Shown piece after piece: positions 27,607-37,645 of a DNA stretch of 64,000 bases (within the stretch, counting starts at the first letter, position 1; the number at the start of each line of letters is the position of its first letter). The notes under the pieces are model-generated. The model searched no databases and had not been told where the DNA came from. It saw only the letters and a program-made list of their open reading frames with translations. Made by a program: the position numbers and the translations under genes. The DNA is from Sulfurimonas sp. (lineage in GTDB: Bacteria > Campylobacterota > Campylobacteria > Campylobacterales > Sulfurimonadaceae). The stretch spans positions 28,797 to 92,796 of the forward strand of contig NZ_JAQVKP010000009.1 in the NCBI RefSeq assembly GCF_028694605.1. Reading direction: 5' to 3'.

Positions 27607-27615
27607 TGCTAAAAT
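27607..27615 (+). promoter_or_regulatory. extended -10 element TGCTAAAAT, 6 nt upstream of the ATG at 27622 (leaderless geometry)
   Basis: TGnTAAAAT, then the spacer CCACTT with no SD, then ATG. Confidence 0.5.
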
Positions 27616-27621
27616 CCACTT

Positions 27622-28950
27622 ATGAAACTATCACACTTAAAACAAATCGTTAATTATCTTCAAAAATTTACAAAGATATCTGCTATCTATAGAGTGAGCG
27701 ATACGACCGTAAAAATTGTATTTGAGAGGGAAGATGAACTCTACTTTGAGATGCAGCGTTCAAACTCCAAAATCTTCAAATGTGCCTCTTTTTCTCGCTC
27801 TAAAGTTTATAATGCTCCATTTGATGTGCTTTTGGCAAAACGGTTTAACCGCGCAAATATTTTAGATATCTCTCTTGTGGGCGGCGATAAGATTTTGCGC
27901 TTTGAAACATCTGTCGCATCGGCTTATAAAGAGGAAAAAAGCTTTTTGCAGTTCGAATTTACGGGAAAATATACAAATGTGATTATCCTGGATGAAAACG
28001 AAATAGTGCTTGAAGCACTCCGTCATGTGGACTTGTTTTCATCTTTTCGTGAAGTCAGAGTAGGGCAAAAACTTCTGAGCGCTCCCGTAGCTCCGTATGA
28101 GGCAAAAGAGTACCCGCTTGAGGATGTTGAAGCGTTTTTGTATGATGAGTATGAAGAGGAGATGCAAGAAAAACTCTCTTCGCTAAAAAAGCAGAAAATC
28201 GCGCTTCTTGAGAAAAAACTAAAAAAACTCCAAAATCTTTATGCTGCACTGGATGATGAAGAGGAGCTAGAAACACAAGCGGCTCAATATAACCATTTTG
28301 GAAATCTGTTTTTGGCGAATATGCACCATGTCAAGCCATATCAGAGGGTGGTTGAGGTGGATGACTATGATGGAACAAAGGTCAAAATAGAGCTTCACAA
28401 AGAGTTTTCCTCTGTTGCAATGATGGCAAATTCACTCTTTACAAGAAGCAAAAAAGCCAAGCAGAGAGCCTCATATCTGCATATCGAGAGAGAGTCGCTT
28501 TTGGCTAAGATAGAGCATATAAAACTCTTTATCCATACCGTAGGGGAGGCGAAAGATGTTGCGAAAATCCAGCTTCTTTTTCCAAAAAATATCCAAACAA
28601 AAAAAGTAAAAGCAAGTGATTTAGTTGAGACTTTTTGGATAGAGGGGTACAAAGTGAGCCTCGGGAAAAATGAAAAGGGCAACATCGAACTGCTTCAAAA
28701 TGCAAAAGCAAAAGATATCTGGCTTCACATGAAAGAACGCCCATCAGCCCATGTTATCATAACCACCGATAAGCAAAACGTGCCTGAGAAGGTCATAAAA
28801 GAGGCGGCGAGACTCTGTGTGGATTTTACTATGTTTGAGAAAGGGCGTTATTTGGTCGATTATACTCCACGAAGAGAAGTAAGCGTGCAAGAGAGGGCGA
28901 ATGTGCTCTATAACAGGTATAAAACTATTGAGATAGATACAAGGAGCTAA
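27622..28950 (+). CDS. NFACT-family (FbpA/RqcH-like, 'fibronectin-binding') protein with a C-terminal NFACT-R/DUF814 domain
   Basis: Central coiled coil. The C-terminal 'DIWLHMKERPSAHVIITTDKQNVPEKVIKEAARLC' is the DUF814 signature. Confidence 0.8.
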   Translation: MKLSHLKQIVNYLQKFTKISAIYRVSDTTVKIVFEREDELYFEMQRSNSKIFKCASFSRSKVYNAPFDVLLAKRFNRANILDISLVGGDKILRFETSVASAYKEEKSFLQFEFTGKYTNVIILDENEIVLEALRHVDLFSSFREVRVGQKLLSAPVAPYEAKEYPLEDVEAFLYDEYEEEMQEKLSSLKKQKIALLEKKLKKLQNLYAALDDEEELETQAAQYNHFGNLFLANMHHVKPYQRVVEVDDYDGTKVKIELHKEFSSVAMMANSLFTRSKKAKQRASYLHIERESLLAKIEHIKLFIHTVGEAKDVAKIQLLFPKNIQTKKVKASDLVETFWIEGYKVSLGKNEKGNIELLQNAKAKDIWLHMKERPSAHVIITTDKQNVPEKVIKEAARLCVDFTMFEKGRYLVDYTPRREVSVQERANVLYNRYKTIEIDTRS

Positions 28951-28956
28951 TACAAA

Positions 28957-29259
28957 ATGGCGGTGGGAATGGTAGCAAATGCGATTTATGTAAATCAGCA
29001 GACAGCAACGGTCTCTTCTGTGCAAAATGCTCATAACAACCGTGTCGATTTTCAAAATATGGCGGCTCAAGCTGCTGCACAAGAGAAGGAAGATGAGGTT
29101 ATAGAGGTGCGTCCCACAGAGGAGAACCAAGAGATTAACCCTGACCGTGAGCATCAAAAAAATGAAGCAGACCAAGAGAATGCACGAAGTAAAAAAGAGG
29201 AAAAAAAACCTCAAAAAGAGGAGCCTCAACCGCTCCACATACTCGATATTAAAGTCTGA
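28957..29259 (+). CDS. small acidic/Lys-rich (coiled-coil/disordered) hypothetical protein
   Basis: AAGGAG RBS. Low-complexity E/K/Q-rich sequence. It sits between the NFACT and cdsA genes, as I recall a small coiled-coil gene does in Campylobacter. Confidence 0.5.
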   Translation: MAVGMVANAIYVNQQTATVSSVQNAHNNRVDFQNMAAQAAAQEKEDEVIEVRPTEENQEINPDREHQKNEADQENARSKKEEKKPQKEEPQPLHILDIKV

Positions 29260-29300
29260 TTTGCTATAATTTCTCATTATATGGGTAAAGGGGTTTTGAT

Positions 29301-30056
29301 ATGAGTGTATTGATGGCTTCAAAAGAGAGGGTGGCAACAAGTCTGGTTCTTGTCGGTGTAGTACTTCTTATCGGGGTAATTGACAAATTTTTGCTTATGT
29401 GGGCATTTTTGGGAGTTGTCTATCTTCTGGCATTCCGTGAGGCTATGGCGCTTTTTGGTATAAAAGGGAACGATTTATACTACTTTGCCGTCGCTGTTTG
29501 GCTTATCGGCGCTATATATCCATACAGTGATGATCTTTTTATCTTGATGAGTGTTGCTTATGCAAGTGCGGTTGCATTTAACAAAGAGTTGGAGTGGAAA
29601 AACTTCCTTCCTTTTATCTACCCGACAGCAGGGATGCTCTTTATCCTAGCAATGTACCAAGAATACGGTGTTTTATCTCTTTTATGGCTTTTGGTTATCG
29701 TGGCACTTACTGATGTCGGAGCGTATGCGGTAGGAAAGAGTATAGGCAAAACCCCGTTTAGCGAGGCTTCTCCGAAAAAGACGATGGAGGGGGTTGCCGG
29801 AGGTTTAGCCGTTGCGACCATCGGCGGGATGTTTGTCGGTCTTAGTATTGTAGATTTGGGTGTCTCTTTCATTATCGCTTTTATGGTCTCTGTGAGTTCC
29901 ATTTTCGGAGACCTTTTTGAGAGTTCGCTTAAACGTGCGGCAGGCGTAAAAGATAGCGGAACGCTTCTGCCGGGACATGGCGGTGTTTTAGACCGTATTG
30001 ACGGCTACCTCTTTGGCGCTATCGTAATGCTTGTGCTTTTAAGAGGATTGGTATAA
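29301..30056 (+). CDS. cdsA: phosphatidate cytidylyltransferase
   Basis: C-terminal signature 'SSIFGDLFESSLKRAAGVKDSGTLLPGHGGVLDRIDG'. Confidence 0.93.
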   Translation: MSVLMASKERVATSLVLVGVVLLIGVIDKFLLMWAFLGVVYLLAFREAMALFGIKGNDLYYFAVAVWLIGAIYPYSDDLFILMSVAYASAVAFNKELEWKNFLPFIYPTAGMLFILAMYQEYGVLSLLWLLVIVALTDVGAYAVGKSIGKTPFSEASPKKTMEGVAGGLAVATIGGMFVGLSIVDLGVSFIIAFMVSVSSIFGDLFESSLKRAAGVKDSGTLLPGHGGVLDRIDGYLFGAIVMLVLLRGLV

Positions 30057-31115
30057 TTGGTACTTCTGGGTTCAACAGGCTCAATCGGTGTAAATACACT
30101 TGAAGTCGCCAAGAAATTCTCAATGGATGTTGAAGTTTTAGTCGCAGGAAACAACATCGAACTTTTAAATAAACAGATAAAAGAGCACAACCCAAAAGTA
30201 GTGGTAGTTGCTAAAAAAGAGGATGTTTTCAGAGTAAATCATTCACATGTTTTTTATGGGCAAGACTCAATTTTAGATGCCATAAAAAACTCCTCAAGCG
30301 AACTGGTCGTAAACGCGCTTGTCGGTTTTTTGGGACTTCGTCCGACACTTACCGCCCTTAAATGCAAAAAAAGAGTAGCTCTTGCCAACAAAGAATCTCT
30401 CGTTGCGTGCGGTGCTTTTATAGATACTTCAAAGATTCAACCCATAGACAGCGAACATTTCGGACTTTGGTATCTGATGCAAAACCGTCCCGTAGAGAAG
30501 ATGATAATCACCGCAAGCGGCGGAGCATTTCGCAACTGGGATATTGCACGGCTTGAGCATGCAACACTGGAAGATACCCAAAAGCACCCAAACTGGTCGA
30601 TGGGACAAAAGATTACCATAGACAGCGCAACCATGATGAACAAAATGTTTGAACTCTTAGAAGCAAGATGGCTTTTTGGAGAGGGTCGTTACGATGCCAT
30701 CATCGAAACAAAATCGCTCATTCACGCTCTCATCGACTTTAAAGATGGCTCAACTACCGCCCACTTTGCCAATGCCAGTATGCAGCTCCCCATTGCTTTT
30801 GCACTTGATGGGTCGATGCAAGAAAATATCCTGCCTCATGTCGATTTGCTAAAAATCGGCTCATTAGAGTTTCGCGAAATAACAACAGATAGATATCCTA
30901 TTTGGCAGATAAAAGACTCCCTTCTAAAAAATCCTGCTCGCGGAGTGGTGGTAAATGCCGCAAATGAAGCCGCAATCGAGAAGTTCATATCTCGTGAAAT
31001 AGGCTTTATGGATATGGCAAAAATAGTGATAAATGCTTATGAGAAGTTTGATGTTCTGCCTAAAAGCGTTGATGACGTGTTTGGGCTTGATGAAGAAGTG
31101 AGAAGAAGCATATAA
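30057..31115 (+). CDS. dxr: 1-deoxy-D-xylulose-5-phosphate reductoisomerase
   Basis: 'LGSTGSIGVNTLEV', 'LANKESLV', 'PIDSEH', 'HPNWSMGQKITIDSATMMNK'. TTG start. Confidence 0.95.
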   Translation: MVLLGSTGSIGVNTLEVAKKFSMDVEVLVAGNNIELLNKQIKEHNPKVVVVAKKEDVFRVNHSHVFYGQDSILDAIKNSSSELVVNALVGFLGLRPTLTALKCKKRVALANKESLVACGAFIDTSKIQPIDSEHFGLWYLMQNRPVEKMIITASGGAFRNWDIARLEHATLEDTQKHPNWSMGQKITIDSATMMNKMFELLEARWLFGEGRYDAIIETKSLIHALIDFKDGSTTAHFANASMQLPIAFALDGSMQENILPHVDLLKIGSLEFREITTDRYPIWQIKDSLLKNPARGVVVNAANEAAIEKFISREIGFMDMAKIVINAYEKFDVLPKSVDDVFGLDEEVRRSI

Positions 31116-31169
31116 TTATGCTAAAATTAAATTCATCAAGTTAGTGAATATTGAGTAAAAAAGTAGAAT

Positions 31170-31209
31170 AATATGACAAATTGCAATAATAATTGCATTT
31201 TGTCATATT
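31170..31209. promoter_or_regulatory. 40-bp AT-rich palindrome between dxr and the R-M gene (terminator or operator)
   Basis: AATATGACAAATTGCAAT-AATA-ATTGCATTTTGTCATATT has 18-nt arms with one mismatch, followed by TTTATATT. Confidence 0.5.
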
Positions 31210-31245
31210 TTATATTAAGATTAATAAAAAACAAGGTGAGTTGAA

Positions 31246-34200
31246 ATGCTGACAGATTTATCAATGAATGACTTGACAGCTAAACTACGGTTTATGCCAA
31301 AAGAAAACAGTATTAACATTTACCATAAAAAATATACAAGTCATAATGACTATAATATAGAGATAGATTTAGAGAAAAATAGCATTGATTTTGGAAGTGC
31401 TATTTTTTTTAACGACTCTAAAAACTCCGTTCAAAAAATCACAAAAGAAGAAGACTTGGTTGTTTTAGAGTGTGTAGATAGACTTTTAACAAAAGGCTAT
31501 TCACCAAAAAATATTATTTTAGAAAAAGTCTATCCATCTGGTCATGGTACAAGCGGACGACTTGATATTTTAGTGACTCGCGATAATGGTACTGCATACA
31601 TGATGATTGAGTGTAAAACTTGGGGAAAAGAGTTTGATAAAGCTTTTGCAAAACTCAACAAAGACGGCGGGCAACTTTTTACTTATTTTCAGCAAGATAA
31701 AGATGCTGCGATTTTGGTTTTATATACTTCGGCACTCATCAATAAAAATGTTGCGTACAAAAATGAAATCATTAAAATAGAAGATGAGTATAAAGCAACA
31801 AGTAATGTAAAAGACTTCTATGACAGATGGAATAAAACGACAAAAAATAATGGTGTATTTAATGATTGGAATACGCCATACAACTACAAAAGCCAAGCAC
31901 TTACTCCAAAAGATTTAGTCGATATAAAACAAGAAGACAGCAGTTTTATCTTTAACCGTTTTATGGAGATACTCAGACACAATGTCGTGTCGGACAAACC
32001 GAATGCTTTTAACAAAATTTTCACTCTCTTTCTGTGCAAAATCATGGATGAAAAGCATACAAAACCAAATAAAGAGTTGGAGTTTCAATGGCTAGAAGGA
32101 ATCGATGATCATGTTACATTTCAAAAGAGATTAACTGACCTTTATCAAAGAGGGATGAAAGAGTTTCTTGATAAAGAAGTGACCGATTTAAGTGATAAAG
32201 AGTTTGAAGAGAAATTCGGGGTACTAGATAGCAGTATAAAAGACCAACTTTTAAAAGAGTTTACGAAAATAAGACTCCAAAAAAACAATGAATTTGCCAT
32301 CAAAGATGTATTTGATCAAGAGACATTTGACGAAAATGCAATCGTTGTAAAAGAGATAGTCGAACTGCTTCAAAACTACAAAATCAGATATACGAAAAAA
32401 CAGCAGTTTTTGAGTGACTTTTTTGAGTTGCTTTTAACAACAGGACTCAAGCAAGAAGTTGGGCAGTTTTTTACACCAGTCCCGATAGCGAGATTTATTA
32501 TACGTAGTATGCCTTTTGACAAGATTATAAAAGAGAAGCTCTTAAAAGGGGAGAGAGATGAACTCTTACCAAATGTAATCGACTATGCTGTAGGAAGCGG
32601 ACACTTTATAACCGAAGCGATGGATGAGATACAAAAAGAGCTTAACAGTATTGCAACAGATGATTTTATACAAGATACGGCAAAAAAAATTATAAGTTGG
32701 AAAACAGACCATTTTGACTGGGCATTTGATTATGTTTATGGAGTAGAGAAAGATTACAGACTTGTAAAAACTGCTAAAGTTGGATGTTATTTACACGGAG
32801 ACGGTTTAGCAAAAGTGATTCATGGAGACGGGTTATCCAACTTCACAAATACAAAAGAGTTTAAAGGGAAGCTGGCGCACAGTGACAAAAACTACCCTCA
32901 AGACAATAAAAAGTTTGATATTGTGGTCTCAAATCCACCGTACTCAGTCAGCGCATTTAAAAATGTCAGCAAAAAGTTTGATAGCAGTGATTTTGAACTT
33001 TACGACAGACTAACAGATCAAAGTAGCGAGATAGAAACCCTCTTTATTGAAAGAACTAAACAACTCTTAAAAGATGGCGGAATAGCAGGCATAATACTTC
33101 CAAGCAGTATCTTAACAGGCGGCGGAATTTATACCAAAACAAGAGAGATAATATTTAAATATTTTGATATCGTAAGTATTACCGAACTTGGTTCAAACAC
33201 TTTTATGGCAACCGGAACCAATACCGTAGTGCTTTTCTTAAGAAGAAAAAACAATATGGAGCATGAAAATATAAAGGTTTCGATAGAGAAACTCTTTGAT
33301 AGTAAAAAAGATATTACTATAAACGGTATTGAAAAGCCATTGTCAAAATATCTAAACTATGTATGGGAAAATATAACTATTGATGACTATATAACATTGG
33401 TAGAAAGAAATGCAAATGCAGCTATCCAAAACCATGAAATATATAAAGAATACACCAAAAAGTTTGACGATGTTGAAAAGGTGATAGAAATTGAAAAAGA
33501 GAAACTTTTATATTTCATCTTAGCATATTCTCAAAAAGTCACTGTAGTGAAAACAGGTGAAAAACAAGCAGAGAAAAAGTTCTTAGGTTATGAGTTTAGC
33601 AACAGAAGAGGCAGTGAAGGCATCCACGCAATCGCTAGAAGTAAATCGATAGATGAGTGTACTTCTTTGTATGATGAGAACTCTTATGTCAATAGCTTAA
33701 AAGCAAACAGTTATATCTATAGTGCGTTCGCTGGTCAAACGAAAGGGATAGACGAGAGTCTAAAAGAGAATATCTCTTATATGGATTTAGTCGATATGAT
33801 GAGTTTTGATAGAGTCGGTTTTGAAAAAAACATCTCTTTAAATGCTAAAAAAAAATTTAAAATTGAGAGTAAGTGGGAACAAATTCCTCTAAATAAAATA
33901 TTAAAAATAAAAAACGGATTTGCATTTAAAAGTGATGAATATGTAGAAAATGGTTTACGAATAGTAAGAATTAAAAATGTACAAAAAGGAAAGATAGAAA
34001 TTAATGATTCAGTTTGTGTAGCAAAAGAAAGAAAACAAGAATTTGAAAACTATTTGCTAAATTCTGGTGATATTCTTATTTCAATGACTGGTAATCCTGG
34101 CAGGGTAGGTGTTGTACAAGAAAAGCATTTACCAGCATTATTAAATCAAAGAGTTGGCAAGTTAGAAATATTTAATGATAGTGTATTAAAAAAATTTGTT

Positions 34201-35019
34201 TTTCAAATGTTAAATACGGAGTATTTTGAAAACGCTGTTATCTATCTCGCAAAAGGCTTGGCACAACAAAATATTAGTGCTACACAAATTGAAAGTATAA
34301 AAATCCCACTACCTCCAAAAGATATTCAAGAAAAAATCGTAAAAGAGATTGAAGATTTAGAAAAAATAGAGCAAAAGAATAAAATCAATATTGAAAAATA
34401 CGAAAAAGAGATAGAAAATATAATTAGTAATTCTTCAGGAGATTTAATAGCACTCCAATATATAACTACAAAAATCGGTAGCGGAGCAACACCAAAAGGT
34501 GGAGAAGGCTCGTATTTTGAAAATGGTATTAGTCTAATCAGAAGTCAAAATATTTATGATAATAAATTTACTGAAAAAGGTTTGGCATTTATCAATGAGG
34601 AACAAGCTAAAAAATTAAATAATGTAGCTGTACAAAAAGATGATATTTTATTTAATATAACGGGGGCTTCCATAGCAAGATGTTGTATCGTTGAAGATAA
34701 ATATTTTCCTGCAAGAGTAAATCAGCATGTTTCAATAATTCGCACTAATGGTAAAGCAATACCGCAATATGTACAAAAGGTTTTAGTAAGCCATGAATAC
34801 AAAAATCAATTATTAGAGATTGGTAAAAGTGCGACATCAAGAGAAGCTATTACTAAGTTGCAACTTGATGAGTTTAAAATAAAACTACCTTCTATTGAAG
34901 AACAAAAAATAGCCGTAAACAAGATTGAAACTATAGAAAAAGAGATAGAAAAACTAGAACAACAACTAGTAGATGTTCCTTTACAAAAACAAGCTATTTT
35001 GGAGAAGTATTTAAAGTGA
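31246..35019 (+). CDS. single-polypeptide Type IIB (AloI/CjeI/PpiI-like) restriction-modification-specificity enzyme: N-terminal PD-(D/E)xK nuclease, gamma-class N6-adenine methyltransferase, two HsdS-type target-recognition domains
   Basis: Nuclease '[23 protein letters not shown]' (D...ExK). MTase motif I '[11 protein letters not shown]' and motif IV 'VVSNPPYS'. There are two TRDs (~aa 860-1040 and ~1065-1230), each followed by a coiled-coil conserved-region repeat ('[15 protein letters not shown]...' / '[15 protein letters not shown]...'). Confidence 0.85.
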   Translation: MLTDLSMNDLTAKLRFMPKENSINIYHKKYTSHNDYNIEIDLEKNSIDFGSAIFFNDSKNSVQKITKEEDLVVLECVDRLLTKGYSPKNIILEKVYPSGHGTSGRLDILVTRDNGTAYMMIECKTWGKEFDKAFAKLNKDGGQLFTYFQQDKDAAILVLYTSALINKNVAYKNEIIKIEDEYKATSNVKDFYDRWNKTTKNNGVFNDWNTPYNYKSQALTPKDLVDIKQEDSSFIFNRFMEILRHNVVSDKPNAFNKIFTLFLCKIMDEKHTKPNKELEFQWLEGIDDHVTFQKRLTDLYQRGMKEFLDKEVTDLSDKEFEEKFGVLDSSIKDQLLKEFTKIRLQKNNEFAIKDVFDQETFDENAIVVKEIVELLQNYKIRYTKKQQFLSDFFELLLTTGLKQEVGQFFTPVPIARFIIRSMPFDKIIKEKLLKGERDELLPNVIDYAVGSGHFITEAMDEIQKELNSIATDDFIQDTAKKIISWKTDHFDWAFDYVYGVEKDYRLVKTAKVGCYLHGDGLAKVIHGDGLSNFTNTKEFKGKLAHSDKNYPQDNKKFDIVVSNPPYSVSAFKNVSKKFDSSDFELYDRLTDQSSEIETLFIERTKQLLKDGGIAGIILPSSILTGGGIYTKTREIIFKYFDIVSITELGSNTFMATGTNTVVLFLRRKNNMEHENIKVSIEKLFDSKKDITINGIEKPLSKYLNYVWENITIDDYITLVERNANAAIQNHEIYKEYTKKFDDVEKVIEIEKEKLLYFILAYSQKVTVVKTGEKQAEKKFLGYEFSNRRGSEGIHAIARSKSIDECTSLYDENSYVNSLKANSYIYSAFAGQTKGIDESLKENISYMDLVDMMSFDRVGFEKNISLNAKKKFKIESKWEQIPLNKILKIKNGFAFKSDEYVENGLRIVRIKNVQKGKIEINDSVCVAKERKQEFENYLLNSGDILISMTGNPGRVGVVQEKHLPALLNQRVGKLEIFNDSVLKKFVFQMLNTEYFENAVIYLAKGLAQQNISATQIESIKIPLPPKDIQEKIVKEIEDLEKIEQKNKINIEKYEKEIENIISNSSGDLIALQYITTKIGSGATPKGGEGSYFENGISLIRSQNIYDNKFTEKGLAFINEEQAKKLNNVAVQKDDILFNITGASIARCCIVEDKYFPARVNQHVSIIRTNGKAIPQYVQKVLVSHEYKNQLLEIGKSATSREAITKLQLDEFKIKLPSIEEQKIAVNKIETIEKEIEKLEQQLVDVPLQKQAILEKYLK

Positions 35020-35993
35020 TTTTATCCATAGAGAGTTCCTGTGATGACAGCGCGATAGCCATAACCGAGATAGCTACAAAAAAACTTATTTTCCATAAAA
35101 AGATATCCCAAGAGCTGGAGCATAGCTTTTATGGCGGCGTTGTTCCGGAGCTTGCGGCCAGGCTTCACGCAGAGGCACTTCCCAAAATTTTAGAGGAGTG
35201 CAAACCCTATTTTAGTGACTTGAAAGCTGTTGCGGTTACAACAACTCCGGGGCTAAGCGTTACTCTTGTTGAGGGCGTAATTATGGCAAAAGCCGTCTCT
35301 ATAGCACTAGGCATCCCCATCATCGGGGTTAATCATCTCATCGGGCATATATACTCTCTTTTTATAGAAAAAGACTCAACATTTCCTTTGACTGTTTTGC
35401 TAGTCTCAGGCGGGCATACGCAGGTTATGGAAGTAAAGAACTTGGAAGAGATAAAAACGGTTGCAAAAAGTATGGATGACAGTTTTGGGGAGAGCTTTGA
35501 CAAAGTCGCTAAAATGATGAGCCTTGGCTATCCGGGAGGACCTGTTATAGAGAAGCTGGCAAAAGATGGGGATAAAAAAAGATATAACTTTACTGTTCCG
35601 CTTCATCAGTCACCGCTTATAGCTTTCTCCTACTCAGGGCTTAAAAACTCCGTGCGCCTTGCGCTGGAAGATGCACATGAGAGTGACTACAAAGATATCG
35701 CCGCTTCGTTTGAGCATATCGCAGTGGCTCACATCATCCAAAAACTCAAAAAGTATTTTAAAGAAGTTCCGCCAAAAAACTTTGCAATTGTCGGGGGTGC
35801 GAGTGCAAATCTTTATCTTCGCTCCACCATAGAGGAGCTTTTAAAACCTTATGGTGCAAATTTGCTCTTAAGTGAGCTAAAATATTGTTCGGACAATGCC
35901 GCCATGATAGGCAGAGTAGCAGTTGAGATGTATGAAAAGGGTTTGTTTAGCCATATTGACACTCTTGAAATCTGTCCCAAAAGTGTCATTTAG
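35016..35993 (+). CDS. tsaD: tRNA N6-adenosine threonylcarbamoyltransferase (Gcp/Kae1 family)
   Basis: '[15 protein letters not shown]', 'GVNHLIGHI', 'LLVSGGHTQ', '[17 protein letters not shown]'. The GTG start overlaps the R-M stop (GTGA). Confidence 0.93.
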   Translation: MILSIESSCDDSAIAITEIATKKLIFHKKISQELEHSFYGGVVPELAARLHAEALPKILEECKPYFSDLKAVAVTTTPGLSVTLVEGVIMAKAVSIALGIPIIGVNHLIGHIYSLFIEKDSTFPLTVLLVSGGHTQVMEVKNLEEIKTVAKSMDDSFGESFDKVAKMMSLGYPGGPVIEKLAKDGDKKRYNFTVPLHQSPLIAFSYSGLKNSVRLALEDAHESDYKDIAASFEHIAVAHIIQKLKKYFKEVPPKNFAIVGGASANLYLRSTIEELLKPYGANLLLSELKYCSDNAAMIGRVAVEMYEKGLFSHIDTLEICPKSVI

Positions 35994-36101
35994 CTTAAGA
36001 TGTGCTTAGCATCAAAGCCTCTTTTTCTAATTAAGAGTTAAATTATCCGTTATTATCTATACTTCTTCTATCAAAATTAAAAACAAAAAAAAGGAGCCAA
36101 A

Positions 36102-36605
36102 ATGGCAACTACAAAATTTAAAGGCACAGAAGTAAATCTTTTAGGAAATCAAGTAAATGTAGGTGATAAAGCACCTGAAGTTACAGTTGTAAACTCGGCA
36201 GGTTTGGCTGATGTAGTAGTCGGCGGCGCACAAGGTGTAAAACAGCTTATCATCGTTGTTCCTTCTCTTGACACCGGTGTATGTGCGACTGAAACTCGTA
36301 ACTTCAATGCAAAAGTTGCTTCGCTAGAGGGTGTAAAATCGACTGTTGTTTCTATGGACTTGCCATTTGCATCAGGCAGATTCTGTGCGGCTGAGGGAAT
36401 TGATAAGCTAACTGTTGCATCTGACTTTAGAAACAAAGATTTTGCTAACGCTTATGGTGTTTTGCTTGGCGGTTCAGTTCTTGCAGGCGTAACATGTAGA
36501 GCTATTTTTGTGATTGACGCAAACGGTGTTGTAACATACAAAGAAATCGTTCCTGAAATCACAGAAGAGCCAAACTACGAAGCTGCTCTTGCTGCTGCTA
36601 AATAA
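36102..36605 (+). CDS. tpx: thiol peroxidase (atypical 2-Cys peroxiredoxin)
   Basis: 'VVPSLDTGVCATE' peroxidatic Cys and 'GRFCAAEG' resolving Cys. AAGGAG RBS. Confidence 0.93.
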   Translation: MATTKFKGTEVNLLGNQVNVGDKAPEVTVVNSAGLADVVVGGAQGVKQLIIVVPSLDTGVCATETRNFNAKVASLEGVKSTVVSMDLPFASGRFCAAEGIDKLTVASDFRNKDFANAYGVLLGGSVLAGVTCRAIFVIDANGVVTYKEIVPEITEEPNYEAALAAAK

Positions 36606-36619
36606 TTTTAACTACATCT

Positions 36620-36654
36620 AAAAAGCCGCTTCTTCTCCAAAGCGGCTTTTTTTT
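36620..36654. terminator. bidirectional rho-independent terminator shared by tpx and the convergent DUF234 gene
   Basis: AAAAAGCCGCTT-cttctcca-AAGCGGCTTTTT forms a 12-bp stem flanked by an A-run and a T-run, so a U-tract follows it on both strands. Confidence 0.8.
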
Positions 36655-37567
36655 AATATCTTTTTCCCACACATTCTATAAAATCTTTTTCGCTCAAATC
36701 TTCTATAAGTGTTTTAAAATTTTTAATTGAAAAAAGCTTTACATCATCGCCTTTAAGGGCTTTTAGCTCATTTGAAAAACCATTTTTTGAGATGACGATA
36801 AAAATATCGGGCGTAATTTCAGCTAAACGGCACTGCTCTTGCAGTTTTGTGAGTTCGCTTTTTTTTGCTTTTTGGGTGGAGTATTTACATATTCCTGCAA
36901 CAACTTTGCCGGATTTTGTCTTTGCCAAGATATCGATTTGTACTTCTCTGTCCCAGTAGCTTCCAATCTCTGCGATAGGGTCGTCTTTGAGGCTTTTTTT
37001 GATAAGCTCATGTGAGAGTTTTTTAAAAGTCAGCTCGTAAAACTCACTTTTACGGTTTGCAAACGATTCCATTGCCTCTTTAAAATCACCCTCTTTGATG
37101 GTTTTAAAATATGGAGAGACAAAAGCAAACCAAAAACGCATAAAAGGCGTGTTAAAGTTCAGTTTTTCATCTATTTTTTCATCTTCATTTGGCGGTGATT
37201 CAAGTGAGTATTCCCTCTTGAGAAGATTTTTAGAGCAAAGTGAGTGGATGACTTTTTCACCATCAACCCTTGAAATTCTGGCTCTTTTGAGTGCGGAATG
37301 AATTCTGCCGTCTCCTACCGCAACCGCACTTAAGAGGGCATGGCTTGTTTTGTCGCTTTGTGTGAGTTTTGTAATATCTCCGTGAATGTAGGTGTAATTT
37401 TTCAAAACTTTACTCTCAATGAGCGCATCAAGAGGCTTGCTTATGTCAACACTCCAGCCCATACCGCCAAAAACAGAAAAATACTCTAACGCATGTTCTA
37501 ACTCTTGGGGCTTATTTTGAAAACAAAAGGAGCGAAACTGTTCTAAAAATGAAGGGTGTTTTGCCAT
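36653..37567 (-). CDS. DUF234-domain protein lacking the usual N-terminal ATPase (wHTH-like middle, PD-(D/E)xK-like C-terminus)
   Basis: C-terminal 'IGSYWDREVQIDILAKTKSGKVVAGICKYS' resembles the DUF234 core. No Walker A is present anywhere in the ORF. Confidence 0.6.
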   Translation of the reverse strand: MAKHPSFLEQFRSFCFQNKPQELEHALEYFSVFGGMGWSVDISKPLDALIESKVLKNYTYIHGDITKLTQSDKTSHALLSAVAVGDGRIHSALKRARISRVDGEKVIHSLCSKNLLKREYSLESPPNEDEKIDEKLNFNTPFMRFWFAFVSPYFKTIKEGDFKEAMESFANRKSEFYELTFKKLSHELIKKSLKDDPIAEIGSYWDREVQIDILAKTKSGKVVAGICKYSTQKAKKSELTKLQEQCRLAEITPDIFIVISKNGFSNELKALKGDDVKLFSIKNFKTLIEDLSEKDFIECVGKRY

Positions 37568-37645
37568 AGGAAAGCCTTTGGTTGTTTTTTGAAATTATAC
37601 TTGAATATATGATGGTTTTTAATGCTAAAATTGCATCTGTCTTTG

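Noticed and set aside
28744-29340. 198-aa minus-strand ORF spanning the end of the NFACT gene, the small coiled-coil gene and the start of cdsA
   Set aside because: - It crosses two intergenic regions and three well-supported plus-strand genes.
- Its composition (Leu/Phe/Cys/His-rich) is that of antisense E/K-rich sequence.
- There is no RBS.
33847-33855. A9 run (and an A8 run at ~32684) inside the Type IIB R-M gene as phase-variation tracts
   Set aside because: - These are Lys-codon runs in a very AT-rich gene, and similar A-runs are frequent throughout the island.
- They are much weaker candidates than G/C tracts, and there is no evidence of frameshifted remnants.
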